From Eledone cirrhosa (taxonomy: Eukaryota), in the NCBI GenBank assembly GCA_964016885.1, contig OZ024742.1, positions 262,880,001 through 262,944,000 of the forward strand: DNA of 64,000 bases. Direction: 5' to 3'. Shown here piece by piece: positions 42,501-55,379 of this stretch (the first letter of the stretch is position 1; each line of letters begins with the position of its first letter). The notes under the pieces are model-generated. The model did no database searches, was not told the DNA's origin, and saw only the letters and a list, made by a program, of their open reading frames with translations. Both the position numbers and the translations under genes were made by a program.

Positions 42501-43200
42501 AGAGGACCTGCGCAGACTGGAAAGGAACAAAGGGATCAGATGCTGTTTACTTGAGAGAAGACTACGTTGGTATGGTCACGTGATGCGCATGAAAGACGAA
42601 AGCTGTATAAAAAGTGCAGGGCCATCAGAATTGATGGTAGTTACAGAGTAGTTAGACCCAGAAAAACCTAGGACGATCCCATAAATTCCGACCTTACACA
42701 CTTGCACCTCTCTAAGACAATGTCACTGGCCCGAGATATTTGGCACTACGCAGTAATACAGAAGACCCACCTTGCCTATGTACAAAGCGAAATCTACAGT
42801 CAGTAGGCAACTCTTAACCAAATATACACCCCAATCCACTACCCCTACCCTATCCTCCAACTCCCACCAACACAACCCTCTCTCTGTAAAGTTGGTACCA
42901 CAACATCCAGTCCAAATGAGATAATGAGATGGAGACCGTGTACGTGTCACGACAAAAAAACACAGTCCATGCTGTAATGTGGCCATGTAGGTAGGTAACA
43001 TGGTAAAAAGTTCCCAGTTCCACACTGTAAATGTGGTTGGTGTTAGGAAGGGAATCCAGCCGTAGAAGACCTGCCAGATAGTCCTATATGAGCGAGACAC
43101 GGTCACCCGACCAACCTTGCCTCAAGTGGGAGGACTCCCATCTAACCCATGCTAGCGTGGAAGATGGACGTTAAACAAAGATGATGATGATGATGATGAT
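39540..43200 (+). mobile_element. Full-length decayed RTE (A-related subfamily)
   Basis: Fragmented ORFs 39785-42651 cover APE, RT and PHD; 3'UTR module; (GAT)n tail. Confidence 0.9.
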
Positions 43201-44162
43201 ATATATATATATATATGTATGTATATGTAAATATATATATATGTATGTATATGTGTATATATTGCAAGTAGGGAAAAGCGGACGTAAAATGATGATGATG
43301 ATGATGATGATATATATATATATGTGTGTGTGTGTGTATGTCTGTCTCTCTGTGACTGTGTCTGTGTGCTATGATTGGTATCAAAACAGAAAGCACTTTA
43401 TCAACACTGTAGAGTGGTACTGTGGGTGCCACAATAAAATGCCAACCAGTATTTAGATATGTAAAACTGCCAAATTCTCGTACAGTATCTCCCTATAAAT
43501 AGGAAAAATTATAAGTATTTTTAATCGATTGTCAAAACTTAATGAATTCTCATCTGAATCATAACATTTATTATTTTTTCAATTTAGAAGGAAATTTGTA
43601 AATTCACCATATTTATATGTCTAAATATCCAGTGTGTAAATTTATATACACACACACACAGTCTTGGTTATCTCTGTACCCTATAAATTCATCATCATAT
43701 ATATATATATATATAAAGTAGGAAAATAAACAAAGAAAAGGCAATGAACGAAAACAAGGTAAAACAAAAAAAACTTTTTTGAAGGGGAAACCTTAAAAGG
43801 TTTTTTTTTTCAAAATAAAAAGTCACAGAGCTCCATGGTCTTCAGCTGTCGAGATAGACATCTGGTAGTTTCAATCCCTACCATCTGTACTTATGGTTCA
43901 CCTGGGGTCACAGTGTCTGACATAAGCCAAAGTGCTGTCCATGGAGTATAAGACAAGACAAAACAACAACTTATAGCAATTAAGCCATAACGGGTACACA
44001 CAGAGTTTTATGTGATGACTAGGGGAAGGTATTGAATTTTTATAGGAATTATAGTTTCGTGAAAAAGAAGGAGGTAAAGAAAGAGAAAAGAAAAAGGTAA
44101 AAATAAAGTAAAAATAAATGAATTCCAGGGGGGAGAAGAAAGAACACATTCATCACAGATTA

Positions 44163-44394
44163 GTGATAATGATTTCTAGTATAAGTACAAGGCCATTAAT
44201 TCGGGGTGGGGGGTGGGGGGGAAAGTTGATTAAATCGACCCCAGTATGTTACTGCTGCTTTATTTTATCGACCCCGTAAGAATGAAAGACAAAGTCAACC
44301 TTGGCGGGATTTGAACTTAGACCGTAAAGGACTGTAACACTATACTGCAAAGCGCAGTACCTGACGCTCTACCAATACTGCCAATCCACCGCCC
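44163..44394 (-). mobile_element. tRNA-derived SINE of a different family (octopus-type)
   Basis: Minus strand: A box tggcagtattgg, B box gttcaaatcc, body ggggtcgataaaataa..ctggggtcgat. Confidence 0.75.
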
Positions 44395-45187
44395 TTACAG
44401 ATTAGGAAAAAAATTAACAAGGAGAAAACAACAAACAAAAACAAGGCAAAACAAAAAATATTTTTTTGAAGGGGAAACCTTAAAAATATATATATCTGTC
44501 TATATAGGACTTACGTCCAAACAAACAATTTTTTCCCCTCAATTTGCCTTTTGTGTATACCTTCTCTTCTTGACTAATGTTGGACTTTGTTTCTATCTCT
44601 TCTTCTCAGTTGCAGCAAATTTTATTTATTTGTAAATTGTAAAAAAACTAGTCACCTTCTTTTGAGTCCATCTGTTACAGTCCCATGTGCACTGGCATTA
44701 GTGGTATTGACCTTAAAGAACCAAAACCACGATGACCTCCAGCGGTCGACTGATGAGAAGGGGCTGTACTGTGTTTTGTCCATTTTTCCGTTGTCTTTGC
44801 CCATCATGTTTGATTCATTGTATGATCTTAGCCATGCAAGACACTTCTGTCTGAGTTCTCTGTCCTCTTCAGTTTCTGCTGGGATCCGTTAGATAGTGCT
44901 GGCCGTCAGCCTTTCAATATTCATAGCTGGGCTTTTAAACTGTTTATATATTAAACATATTGTATATCTCTAGATATACGAAATTCACATACATATAGGT
45001 ATACAGCTACGTTGAAGCTAAATTTTAATTCTGTTTATCACAGGGTCATCAGACAAGAGCATATATATATATTTTATGTATATGTATGTATGTATTCTGT
45101 CTGTATGTATGTATGTATATGTGAGCCCCAGATTCAATAGAGGGTAAGTACAGTAAGTGAGGTACTCAATACATTAGTAGAGTGTAA

Positions 45188-45316
45188 GCATCAAATTTAA
45201 TATAGAAATGGCTTCTACAGGACTAGAACTGTTTCGTTCAAAAGAAATCCCGATGATTTCTTTCGAATAAAATAGTTCTAGCCCTGTAGAAGCCATTTCT
45301 ATATTAGATTTGATGC
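45188..45316. repeat. 129-bp imperfect palindrome
   Basis: 62-bp arms centred at 45252, several mismatches. Confidence 0.85.
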
Positions 45317-45929
45317 GATATATATACATATAAAAGCACCCAGTCCACTTGGTAAGGTGGTCGTGTTGGTGACATGAGATATATATAGTGTTTTTTGCAA
45401 CAATAAAACTTTAAAGGAATATTACCAGTCCAGCCACAGCCTCCTGTTATTTTAATCAAATTAAAAAATATATGTGTGTGTGTATATACACATGTACATA
45501 AGTATAAACAATAAATATAAATATATATAACGATGTCATAGAGATATTTAATTATATCTCCTGGTTATATCTGTCGTTTTGCTGGCATAACTTTTCTCAC
45601 CACAACATTTACCATTGTTATATATATATATTTATATATATAGGTATGTGTGTATGGAGAGAGAGAGAGATGTGCTTAAAGCAGAATATATTGAACAAGT
45701 AGCTCCACTAAACATTTATTTCTAAACTTTTAACCAATCTTTATTGACAGAGTTGGGGTTTGTAAGGTTTCTTTCAAGTGTTCAACTCCAATTAAATTCA
45801 ACAAAACTTCAACATCTCAATATATAAAGTGCTAAAACTCTCTAAATTCTCAGCAGAAATACAAGTTTCTGAAGTTATAATCTTACTAGCTGCAGATGTT
45901 TTAATCTCAAATTTTGCAATGGGATTAAG

Positions 45930-47170
45930 ATAATGGTGCCTCAGCATGGCTGCTGCACTTGGGCTGGAAGAGATAACATTGCAAAAGAGTAAATGAGTAA
46001 GATATTTTCATGTAGTTCATGAAATAGTGAAAGAAAGAGGGGGGGGGGGTATTATTTATTTAATCTTTTACTGACTTCAATCATTAAACTTTAACTTTGC
46101 TAGGGATTCATTCAATCATAACAAGTCCAGTTCTTATTTTTTCAAATTTGCTTCTTAATTTATCAAACTCTTTTTGTCAAACTACTAAGCTATGGGACAT
46201 AAATACAGACACAGTACAAACCTAAATTCAGACACACACACATACATCACTATAGATAATAGTTGAGAAAATTAGGACAGAAACACCTGTAAAGAATTAT
46301 ACCACATATCTGTTTGGCATTAGCAAGGGCATCTAGCTATAGAAATCAAGCCCAAATCAGTTCTGTATGAACAAGACATGGTCACCTGACCTGGCATTGC
46401 CCTCAACAGGATAACTCGTCTAACCCATGCTAGCGTGGAAAAATAGACGTAAAACAGTGAAGATAATGATGAGGATCTGTCTCACACATACACACACACA
46501 CATGTATACATGATAGGAAATATTTTTTCATGGCTGTTGGATTATGATTTACATTTGTTTGAGTTCATGGAAAGCCTGGGTTTAGCTTGGATTTGTTTGT
46601 GTTCTAGTTAAATTAACATGTAAGTGGCTGAGTCTACCATGGATACATACCAATAACATAATTTTCAGGTAAGATGAATGTGACAAGGCTGGTCCTTTGA
46701 ATTTCAAGTACAATCCATTCAATGGGCTTCCACACAGTTTCTATTGACCCAATTTCACTCACATGTTTGTGTTGACTCAAAGCTTTTGTAAATAACAATG
46801 CAATGAGATTAAACCCAAAACCTTATGATTGCGAAGCAAACTTCATAACTACTTAACTACTTTATCATCTATTTTCCATGCTTGCATGGGTTAGATGGGT
46901 TGTCACGTTCTGGAACAAGACTTCTTAGATTATTATGCCTTGCTCGTGTGCTCCATTTTTTGTTTGGTTTCTAAAACTAAATGCCCTTTCTAATGCCAAC
47001 AACTTTACAGCATGTACTAGGAGAATTTTATCATGACTCCAGCACTACCACCTTACAGGGTGGACAGAGTGCTTTTTATCATGGCTCCAGCACTGGGTGT
47101 TCTTTGTGTTGGCATCTATACAATCACCTTACAATGTGAACTGGGTGCTTTTTGCTGTGGCACCTACTAC
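45930..47170. mobile_element. Cluster of decayed SINE and LINE-tail remnants
   Basis: CR1-type tail ~45935-46000, SINE(-) ~46070-46215, RTE tail(+) ~46310-46470, SINE(-) ~46720-46860, RTE tail(-) ~46861-47170. Confidence 0.6.
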
Positions 47171-47419
47171 CTTTCATCAGAATTAAAGGAGTATTAACTC
47201 TTATAAATCAGTTCAACTTGATGTGATTAGTGAAGTCACTCACAGGTTGTCTTAAATGTTATAAGTATTTATCCCCCTCTTTTCATATGAAAAAACTAGT
47301 ATTTTTTAAACATATATTGGGCGGGGCAGATGTAAGGCTCTGTAAGCCATAGTGAAGCCAACCCATCTAGGAAAATAGACACTCCAAATAAAAACTGATA
47401 GAGGATGGAGAGTACTCTT

Positions 47420-49870
47420 GAGATCAGTATGACAACCTCTCGAGTGCTGGTGTCACAAATAATTGTACCCAGTCCACGGTCTAAAGTGGTTGGCGATAGG
47501 AAGGACATCCAGCCAGAAAGACGCTATCAGAAATACGAAAAGCACGACAAATATGATTCTCAGTAATTGCATATATAGAGCTATCACTAGTCATGTTAGT
47601 GCTGTGCACAGTAGTGGGGTGGCTAGAGTAGCCATATGCGAGAACCCGCTTGAGCATCATCAAGCAATCGCATAGCATTTCTCCCTTTCAGGTACATAGA
47701 GCTTCTACCCAAGGAAGTAATAACTGTCAAGGTACTAATCTCGGGATGGCCACACTCAATGTTGGTATCATGAAAGGTAAATCAAGTAGATGTATGCTGT
47801 GTACAAGAAGCGAGATGGAGTGGTGCATCAGTGAGATTAATCACAGGTAAACAACAGAGATATAACCTTTTCTGGATAGGAAATGACGATGGAGTAAGAG
47901 GTCTAGGCATCTTATTAGCTAAGAAATGGATAGATAAGGTGATATAAGTAGTTAGAGTAAGTGACAGAATCATCAAAGCTTAGAAAACCTGTAGGAAATA
48001 GAATGGTGACAATCATATCTACCTATGCTCTGCAGGCAGGACTAAGTAAAGACCAAATGAACAGGTTCTATGAGGAAGTTTTACACAGAACCTAAGGTAC
48101 ATTAGACCTCATCATCCTGCTAGGTGACTTCAATCAACCTGTTGGACAGTACCATGACGGATTCAATAGAGTTCATGGCAGCTATGGTTATGGCTCAAGA
48201 AATTAAGAGGGAATTCTCCGATGTGAATGAACTAACCATTTGCAACACAAATTTCAGGAAACCAGCCAGCCACCTGATTTCATATCTATCAGGTGAACAC
48301 ACAAGCCAAATTGATTATTTACTCATAAGATGAGATAAACAGACTGTAATAAACACTAAGGGAAGAATGCACTGCCCAACTCAAGTTAGTTGTTAGTGAT
48401 ATAAAAATAAACATAAGACAGACAAAAATTGTAGGGAAATAGGGAGACAGAGGGTTGGGAACTAAAGGACATTTCAGTTAAATATAGATTCAGAAAGGAC
48501 CAACAGGATGCAGTAGATGAGCTAGATACATATAATGTAGAGGACAACTGGAAATTTTTATTTGACAACCTTTTGCAAACTACTGACATGACTTGTGGCT
48601 GGAGTTAAGCACCAGCCAGCCAGAGGGTGACCTGGTGGTGGAACAGCACACTGCCTAGAAAAATGGGAGTAGCAAAAGCCAGTACCAGGTAGCTAAGAGA
48701 GAAGATAGACGACAGGTATACACAGCTTGGAGAGAGGCTGAAAAAAGAAAGTTTACCAATGTCTTGAGATGTGAGGATCAGAAACGTGAAGTGTTCCACA
48801 TTACAAAGTAGTGTGTCAGTGGGAAATGGGATGTTGTTGGGGGGAAATGTGTTAGAAATGATGCTAGTGCACTTAGCACCAAAGATGCTCAAAAGAAAGA
48901 GGCCTGGAAATGTTATTATGAGAGATTAATGAATGTAGAGAATGAGGGGGGGGGGGGACTACCCACAACTTATACAAAAGAAGGAGCAGCTTTACCATTC
49001 TTCATCTCTTTGATTGCTTTTTTTGACCTTATAATTGCCAACTCTTCAATAGCTGGTCCAAATTCCTACAGGGAAATCGCTCTGCTCAATATGTAGAAAT
49101 TCAATAAGGTAAATCTTAGTTACACAAGAGATGTAGTGGGATAATAGGTAGACTAACAGGAAAGGAAGACTGTGTGTAGAAGATGCACAGGGGTAATTGA
49201 GGAGAAGAGCAGCAGTGATATAAACCTCTTCAAGTCACAGGAAGGGTCCATAGAAGTGGTTGAAAGCTTCTGCTATCTAGGTGACTTAATTAGCAGTGGA
49301 AGAGGGTGCTCTAAGAACATAATAGCTAGAATAAAAATAGGATGGAAAAAGTTTACAGAGTTATTCCTACTGTTGACTACAAAAGATTTCTCTCTACATA
49401 CAAAGGGACAACTGTATGATGCCTGCATGCGAAGTGTAGTGCTTCATGGTAGTGAAATATGGGCTGCAACTGCTGAGGACATGCATAGACTGGAGAGAAA
49501 TGAAGCAACCATGCTCTGTTGGATGTGCAATGTAAGTGAGAGAAAAGCAGAGCTTAGATGAACTGAGGGAGAAGATGGATGTAAGAGGAACCCGAGGTGG
49601 TGTGCAGAGAGAAGACTGCATTGGTACGGACATGTGATGTGCATGAATAATGATTGATGAGTGAAGACGTGCCAGGAAATGCCAGTGGATAGAAGCCACA
49701 GTAGAGGAAGACAAAGAAAGACCTGGGTAGAGGTGGTGAGAGCTGACCTCAAATAGATGAGACTCACAGAGGAGTTGACAAAGGAATGCGGTAAGTGGAG
49801 TGGTGCTGTGTTGAGAAGGACCTGTCTAACCCATCAAAATGGGGAAAAAAAACAGACATAAAAATGGTGA
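47420..49870 (+). pseudogene. Heavily decayed RTE family B copy with internal inversion/deletion
   Basis: APE remnants (ATLNVGIMKG, ICNTNFRKPA), inverted GPAIE..EMKNGKAA at ~48985-49060, RT C-terminus in ORF 49172-49561. Confidence 0.8.
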
Positions 49871-50369
49871 TATTTGGCCAAGAGATCTTTCAGCTTCCAT
49901 ACCTTGTTTCTGAGTTCATTTAGCTGTTATTCTGAGGGTGTTCATCACAAGTCCATACTTTTCACGGGAAAATGACTTTCTATTTACAACCATTTGACTA
50001 TTCAGTTTCTGGGTCAATATAAAGTTAATCTGACTTACGTGGTTCCCTGACTGATAGATCATCTGGTTGATGGACAATTTCTTGAATTTAGTGTTACAAA
50101 TAATTAAGTGATTTACATAATAGAACTACTCATACATATCCATAGCCTCCATGTATACTAGAGTAGCCATCATGATGTTGCATGTTTCTATTAAAGTTAT
50201 AAGGGGTGAAAATGAGGTTGTTTTCATTCATTATTGAGGTAGTCTGCAAGACTTGATCACAGAAACGGTTCTTTTGTTCATCTGATTACCGTCTCTCATA
50301 TGCTGTGTTGCCCATGATTAGTCTAAGTTTAATTATTCTTACTACTTTGATTACTTTGTCCGACAGCAA

Positions 50370-53345
50370 ATGCCCAAACTTCCGAATTGGCACCATCAAT
50401 GTGAGCACAGTGCCAGGAAGAACAGGATTGTAGAGATGCTAGAGCAGAAGAAAATTGATGTATGCTGTGTGCAAGGGACTAGATGGAGAAGACGGTCAGA
50501 CTCCTTGTAGGCAAAAAACAGTGCTACAAAGTTTTCTGGGTGGAGTAGGTATTTTATTAACTGATAAATGGGTAGATAAGGTAATCTCTGTGAATAGAGT
50601 GATTACAAGAATGATTAAACTCAAACTAGTCCTAAATAGAACAATAGCTACAATTATATCTGCATATGCACCCCAATCTGGGTTGTCAGACGAACACAAG
50701 GATAGGTTTTACAAATGCCTAATGTACACTATGACAGTGACTTCCTAATCATCACAGGGGACTTTAATGGACATGTTGGAAAACACTGTGACGGCTTCTA
50801 GAGAGACCATGGTGGCTTCGGGTTTGTTGCAAGAAATGAACATTTCAGGCTCCAAGAATTTTGTGACACCAATCACTTATTAATATGTAACACAAACTTC
50901 AAAAATACCAACAACCACCTGATCACCTGATAGATTTTATCCTTACCAGAGGATGAGATAGATGGATGGTTGTAAGCACAAAAGCCTTCCCTGGTGAGGA
51001 ATGCACCTCCTAGCATAACCAAGTAGTTAGCGACCTCATTTTCAGAGCTAGATGAACTTGGAAATAGAAGGTAACCTGGAGGAGAAAGATATTGAAGGTG
51101 AAAGTGGCCTCAGCCAGTAACAAATTTAGAGATATTTTGCTCGAGGTCTACAACAGAAAGGAAGAACGAATAGAGACATTCAATATAGAAATGTATTGGG
51201 AGTTCCTGAAAGCGACAGACAAGATCTGTGGATGGAGAAGGGCTCCAGAGAGAAGGAGAGCTACTTGGTGGTGGAACAGTAAGGTAGATGAAGCAAGAGA
51301 CAGGCATGGAAAAAAATGGAAGAATGGGGGAAGCAGGATACACTACATAGAAGCCAGGAGAGAAGCTAGGCGACAGGTTTACTTTGCAAAGAGGGAAGTG
51401 GAAGATGAAAAATTCAAGCTTATTTTGCAGCATGAAGACCAGAAATAGGAGGTGTTCAGGATTGTGAGGCAGTGTGTTAGGGAAAATTGTGATGTCATTG
51501 GTGAGAAATGTCCATGATGATAAAGGCACACTTGCCCTCACAGACACTGAAAAAATGTAGCATGGAAGAGCCATTATGAAAGATTACTGAATGAGGAGAA
51601 TGCATGGAAGAAATAGAGCCTACCCCAAGTGGACCCAACAGAGGGCCCAGCCGTACAAGTCAGCAGCAGTGTAGTAAGTAAGGCATTTAAGGATATGAAG
51701 ACTGGGAAAGCAGTCGGTCCATCAGGGATAGTTGCTGAGATGCTGAAAGCATCTGGGTTGGTGAGTCACACCTTAGCCACATGTATTGTAATCCAAGTAA
51801 TACTAAATGGTGACATACCGAATGACGGTGCAGCATCATTGTCAACTTCTACAAGGATAAATGAGATGTACTAGAAATAACAAACTACAGAGGCATCAAG
51901 TTGATGGACCAGGTCATGAAAGTAACAGAAAGAGTTATGGCACAGCTGATTAGGGACCGGTTAACGAAGATGAGATGCAGTTTGGATTTGTGCCAGCTAA
52001 AAGCATCATAGATACCCTCTTCCTTTTGAAGCAGCTACAAGAGAAATACCTAGCTAAAAGTAAGCCGCTCTACCTGGCGTTTGTTGATCTTGAGAAAACT
52101 TTTGACAGAGTCCCCCATGCCATTATTTAGTGGGCTCTTAGAAATTTAGGAGTAGAAAAGTGGCTTGTGAAGGCTGTACAAGCCATGTATAAGGAAGCAA
52201 TCAGCAATGTTAAGATTAACGACACCTATAGCCAGGAATTTATTGTGCAGGCTAGTGTCCACCAGGGCTCTGTCCTTAGCCCTCTCCTGTTTATTATCAT
52301 TCTGCAGGCTATAACAGAGGAATTTAAGACCAGCTGTCCATGGGAACTGCTGTATGCAGATAATCTCATATTCATAGCTGAATCTATGGCAGAATTAGAG
52401 AAGAAATCCAAACCTAGAAGCATGGCCTAGAAACAAAGAGTCTTAAAGTTAACCTGATAAAGATTAAGGCCCTAGTTAGTAGAAAGGAAAACATCTGCAA
52501 TACCCTCGGAGAAATGGCCTTGCTCAGTGTGTAGGAAAGATATAGGTAGAAATTCCATCCACTGTCCCAAATCAAATTATGGGTACACAAGAGATGTAAT
52601 GGGATCTTAGGTAGTTTAGCTAAGAACATAGGTTTTACATGTAGCTGTTGCACTGGAGCAGTAAGTAGCAAATGACTAAAGGAAACAAGCGCTATCAAAT
52701 TCTGGGAATGTTTGGTAGAAGCGGTAATGACCAAATTAACAGCGGAGGTGGGTGTTCTGAAAATACAGTAGCCAGGTGAGGACGAGATGGAAGAAGTTCA
52801 GGGAGCTACTATCACTGCTGCCTGCAAAAGACTTCTCCCTCAAAATGAAAGATTATATGACACATGCATACGAGCAGCAATGTTGCATGGTAGTGAGACC
52901 TGGGTGCTGTGTGCAGAGGACTTACGAAGATTGGAAAGAAATGAAGCTTCCATGGATACATAATAAACGAACTTGGACTTTGGATGAGGTGATAAAAGCT
53001 GACCTTGCACAATTGCACCTCTCAAAGGTGGTGACACAGGATCAAGATCTCTGGCATTATGCAATAATATAGAAGACCTATCTTCCCATGAGCACAGGAG
53101 TAAGCATACATCTGGTATGCACCACCTTCACCCTCATACCCTTTCCATACACCTCCCACGTCTTAACACTTTAACACACCCATTTATCCACCTCCCTAAT
53201 CTCCACACACCCTTCTTGAAACAAAGTCAAAATCAGTTCTGTATGAGCAAGACATGGTCACCTGACCTGGCCTATCTCACAACAGAGCAACTTCTCTAAC
53301 CCATGCTAGCATGGAAAATGGACATTAAATGGTGATGATGATGAT
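50370..53345 (+). pseudogene. Heavily decayed full-length RTE
   Basis: Fragment ORFs 50455-53072 with [26 protein letters not shown]; (GAT)n tail. Confidence 0.85.
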
Positions 53346-53937
53346 TTCTCTGTTAGAAATATGCCTTCTTGGTTCACCCCTGTGTTATTAACCTCCTAGA
53401 AGAATTTGTACTCGTGTTCATTGTCCATGAGGAATTTTCTGAGTTTTCCTCCATCTCACCACTTGTACAAAGCATACATTTACTCTCCTTCACTCTAACA
53501 TCCCTGCACTTTCACCAGAACTACTTTCTATCATACCATCACTGATGGTGAAAGCCATCAAGTTTTGCATCTAACAAAGTGAGATGAGTTTCTGATAGTG
53601 TTTTAGTTTTTGATGTCTATTTTCAGCTTTTTGGTTGATGTTTTCTTCTCCCATCAAAGGTTCAGTTCTCAGCCTGAGTAAAGCTCTCTAAATTTGTACG
53701 AGGACAATACATTTAATGATGTTAATGGTACAATTCAGAAAATTATGGAATGGATACCAGCTGTTTTAATTATTTGTTTGTAAGATACTTACTATTTTTT
53801 TCTTCTAAAACTTTTTGGAATAACTACACAAGATTAAGTAAACAAAAGGTCATTTCTTATAAGTTTTATTAGTAAATTTTAATATATTCAACATGTACTG
53901 AACATGCACATATATGTGTGTGAATATATATATATAT

Positions 53938-54106
53938 AATTATAAATGTAAACTATCGCCGTATTTTGACTAAAGAAATTAAAGAAAATTATTTAGCCTG
54001 CTAGTGGAGTTAAGAACCCTCGGAGGGTTCTTAACTCCACTAGCAGGCTAAATAATTTTCTTTAATTTCTTTAGTCAAAATACGGCAATAGCTTACATTT
54101 ATAATT
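53938..54106. repeat. 169-bp near-perfect palindrome
   Basis: 84-bp arms centred on 54022, with 2 mismatches. Confidence 0.9.
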
Positions 54107-54508
54107 TCAAACTCGCTCGCTGTTTCGAAAATATTCTTACTTATATATATATACACACACACACGTGTGTGTATGTGCAAGTCTCTTTCCTTGTTTATAT
54201 GTTGCTTCCATAAATGATGACTGAAGAAAAAGATTTTTTACATCTTGTGAAGAAGACATTTTTCAAGTAAAAAGTTTTTAAAAAAAGAATATCTCGATGA
54301 TAAAGATTTGTTGAAATATGACTCTCATATGAAATGGGTTAACTTGGCCGTTACAAACATATACAGATTATTTAAAAGACCAACTAACTACATCTGAAAA
54401 GCTAACAGAGAAATGAAGGAGGGTGACAAGTTTGAGGATGGTCCCACGAAAGTTAGCCACATGGGTGGAATGGTTAGAAATATAATCCCTCCTGGATCTT
54501 GAAGAATC

Positions 54509-54609
54509 TTAAGGTGAAGCTCTTCTCCTAGAAGAACGAGTTTTATCAAATCTGGCCTCCATTTCTTCTAGAATCTTAGGTGTATATCGTACAACCAGTC
54601 GAACTGTAC
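54509..54609 (-). CDS. lin7: Lin-7/Veli/MALS orthologue, last coding exon
   Basis: Acceptor ttttatctccactag; phase-1 join gives [33 protein letters not shown], matching the known LIN7 C-terminus ([18 protein letters not shown]). Confidence 0.95.
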
Positions 54610-54724
54610 CTAGTGGAGATAAAAATAAATTTTAATAGGACAAAATATGGGAAACAATTGTTAAATAAATAGTTATATTATGCAACTGTAATAGTTAAAC
54701 TTTGGTGGCATTTGAACTCAGAAT

Positions 54725-55005
54725 AGAGAGCAAAAGGTTTGCAGCTCATTCCCTTAGCAAAGCCTATAGAAGTTTGGGTATTACGGAAGCAAGCAGGAGG
54801 GGAGCCACCAGGAACAATGTGGAAGCAGCAGAGAGGGCATCTAGATGGCTATGGTTGAAAAGAAATGACCAGAGGGGTCAGTAATATGTATGCCACTTGG
54901 ACACAAACTGGATCATCTGGATGAAAGTATATGTTGTGAGACCCGAACAACCTAGTGACTCCAGGATACAACACTGATGATATGTTCAAGGTTTTGTATC
55001 CATGG
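54725..55005 (+). mobile_element. 3' end of a Hero-like (restriction-like endonuclease) non-LTR element
   Basis: FAAHSLSKAYRSLGITEASRR..EAAERASRWLWLKR and a 3'UTR with gacccgaa..ccaggataca.cactgatga resemble Hero-clade termini (from recall, not a search). Confidence 0.65.
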
Positions 55006-55379
55006 ATGTGTGAAGAAGTTGATATATGACTGAATGAAGTTGGCTTGATTCACAAATATAACAATTTCTTTTCACTCACCATCATTTAATTTTGGAAGAG
55101 GCATCAGTGTCACAATGTATTACTTTCTCATTTCCTCACAACAAAACTATCTTATTCTCCCCATTAATAGATACTAATCATTTCAAATCAAGCAGAAAAA
55201 TACATATAATAGGATGTATAATTCTGTGTGAGTGTATGCATATTCGTTTATTAATTTTGAACATTCAATGGTTTAGTCCTCATATTGACTCCTGTATCTG
55301 TTTTATTGATTCCTATTTGTCAAACTCCTAAGTTACAGGATATAAAGGGATTCAACATAAACAAAGCACCAGTTTCTCA

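Noticed and set aside
44587-44930. Possible host exon or 101-aa ORF; also contains CTGATGA
   Set aside because: No recognisable homology, no clear splice pair and no GAAA half.
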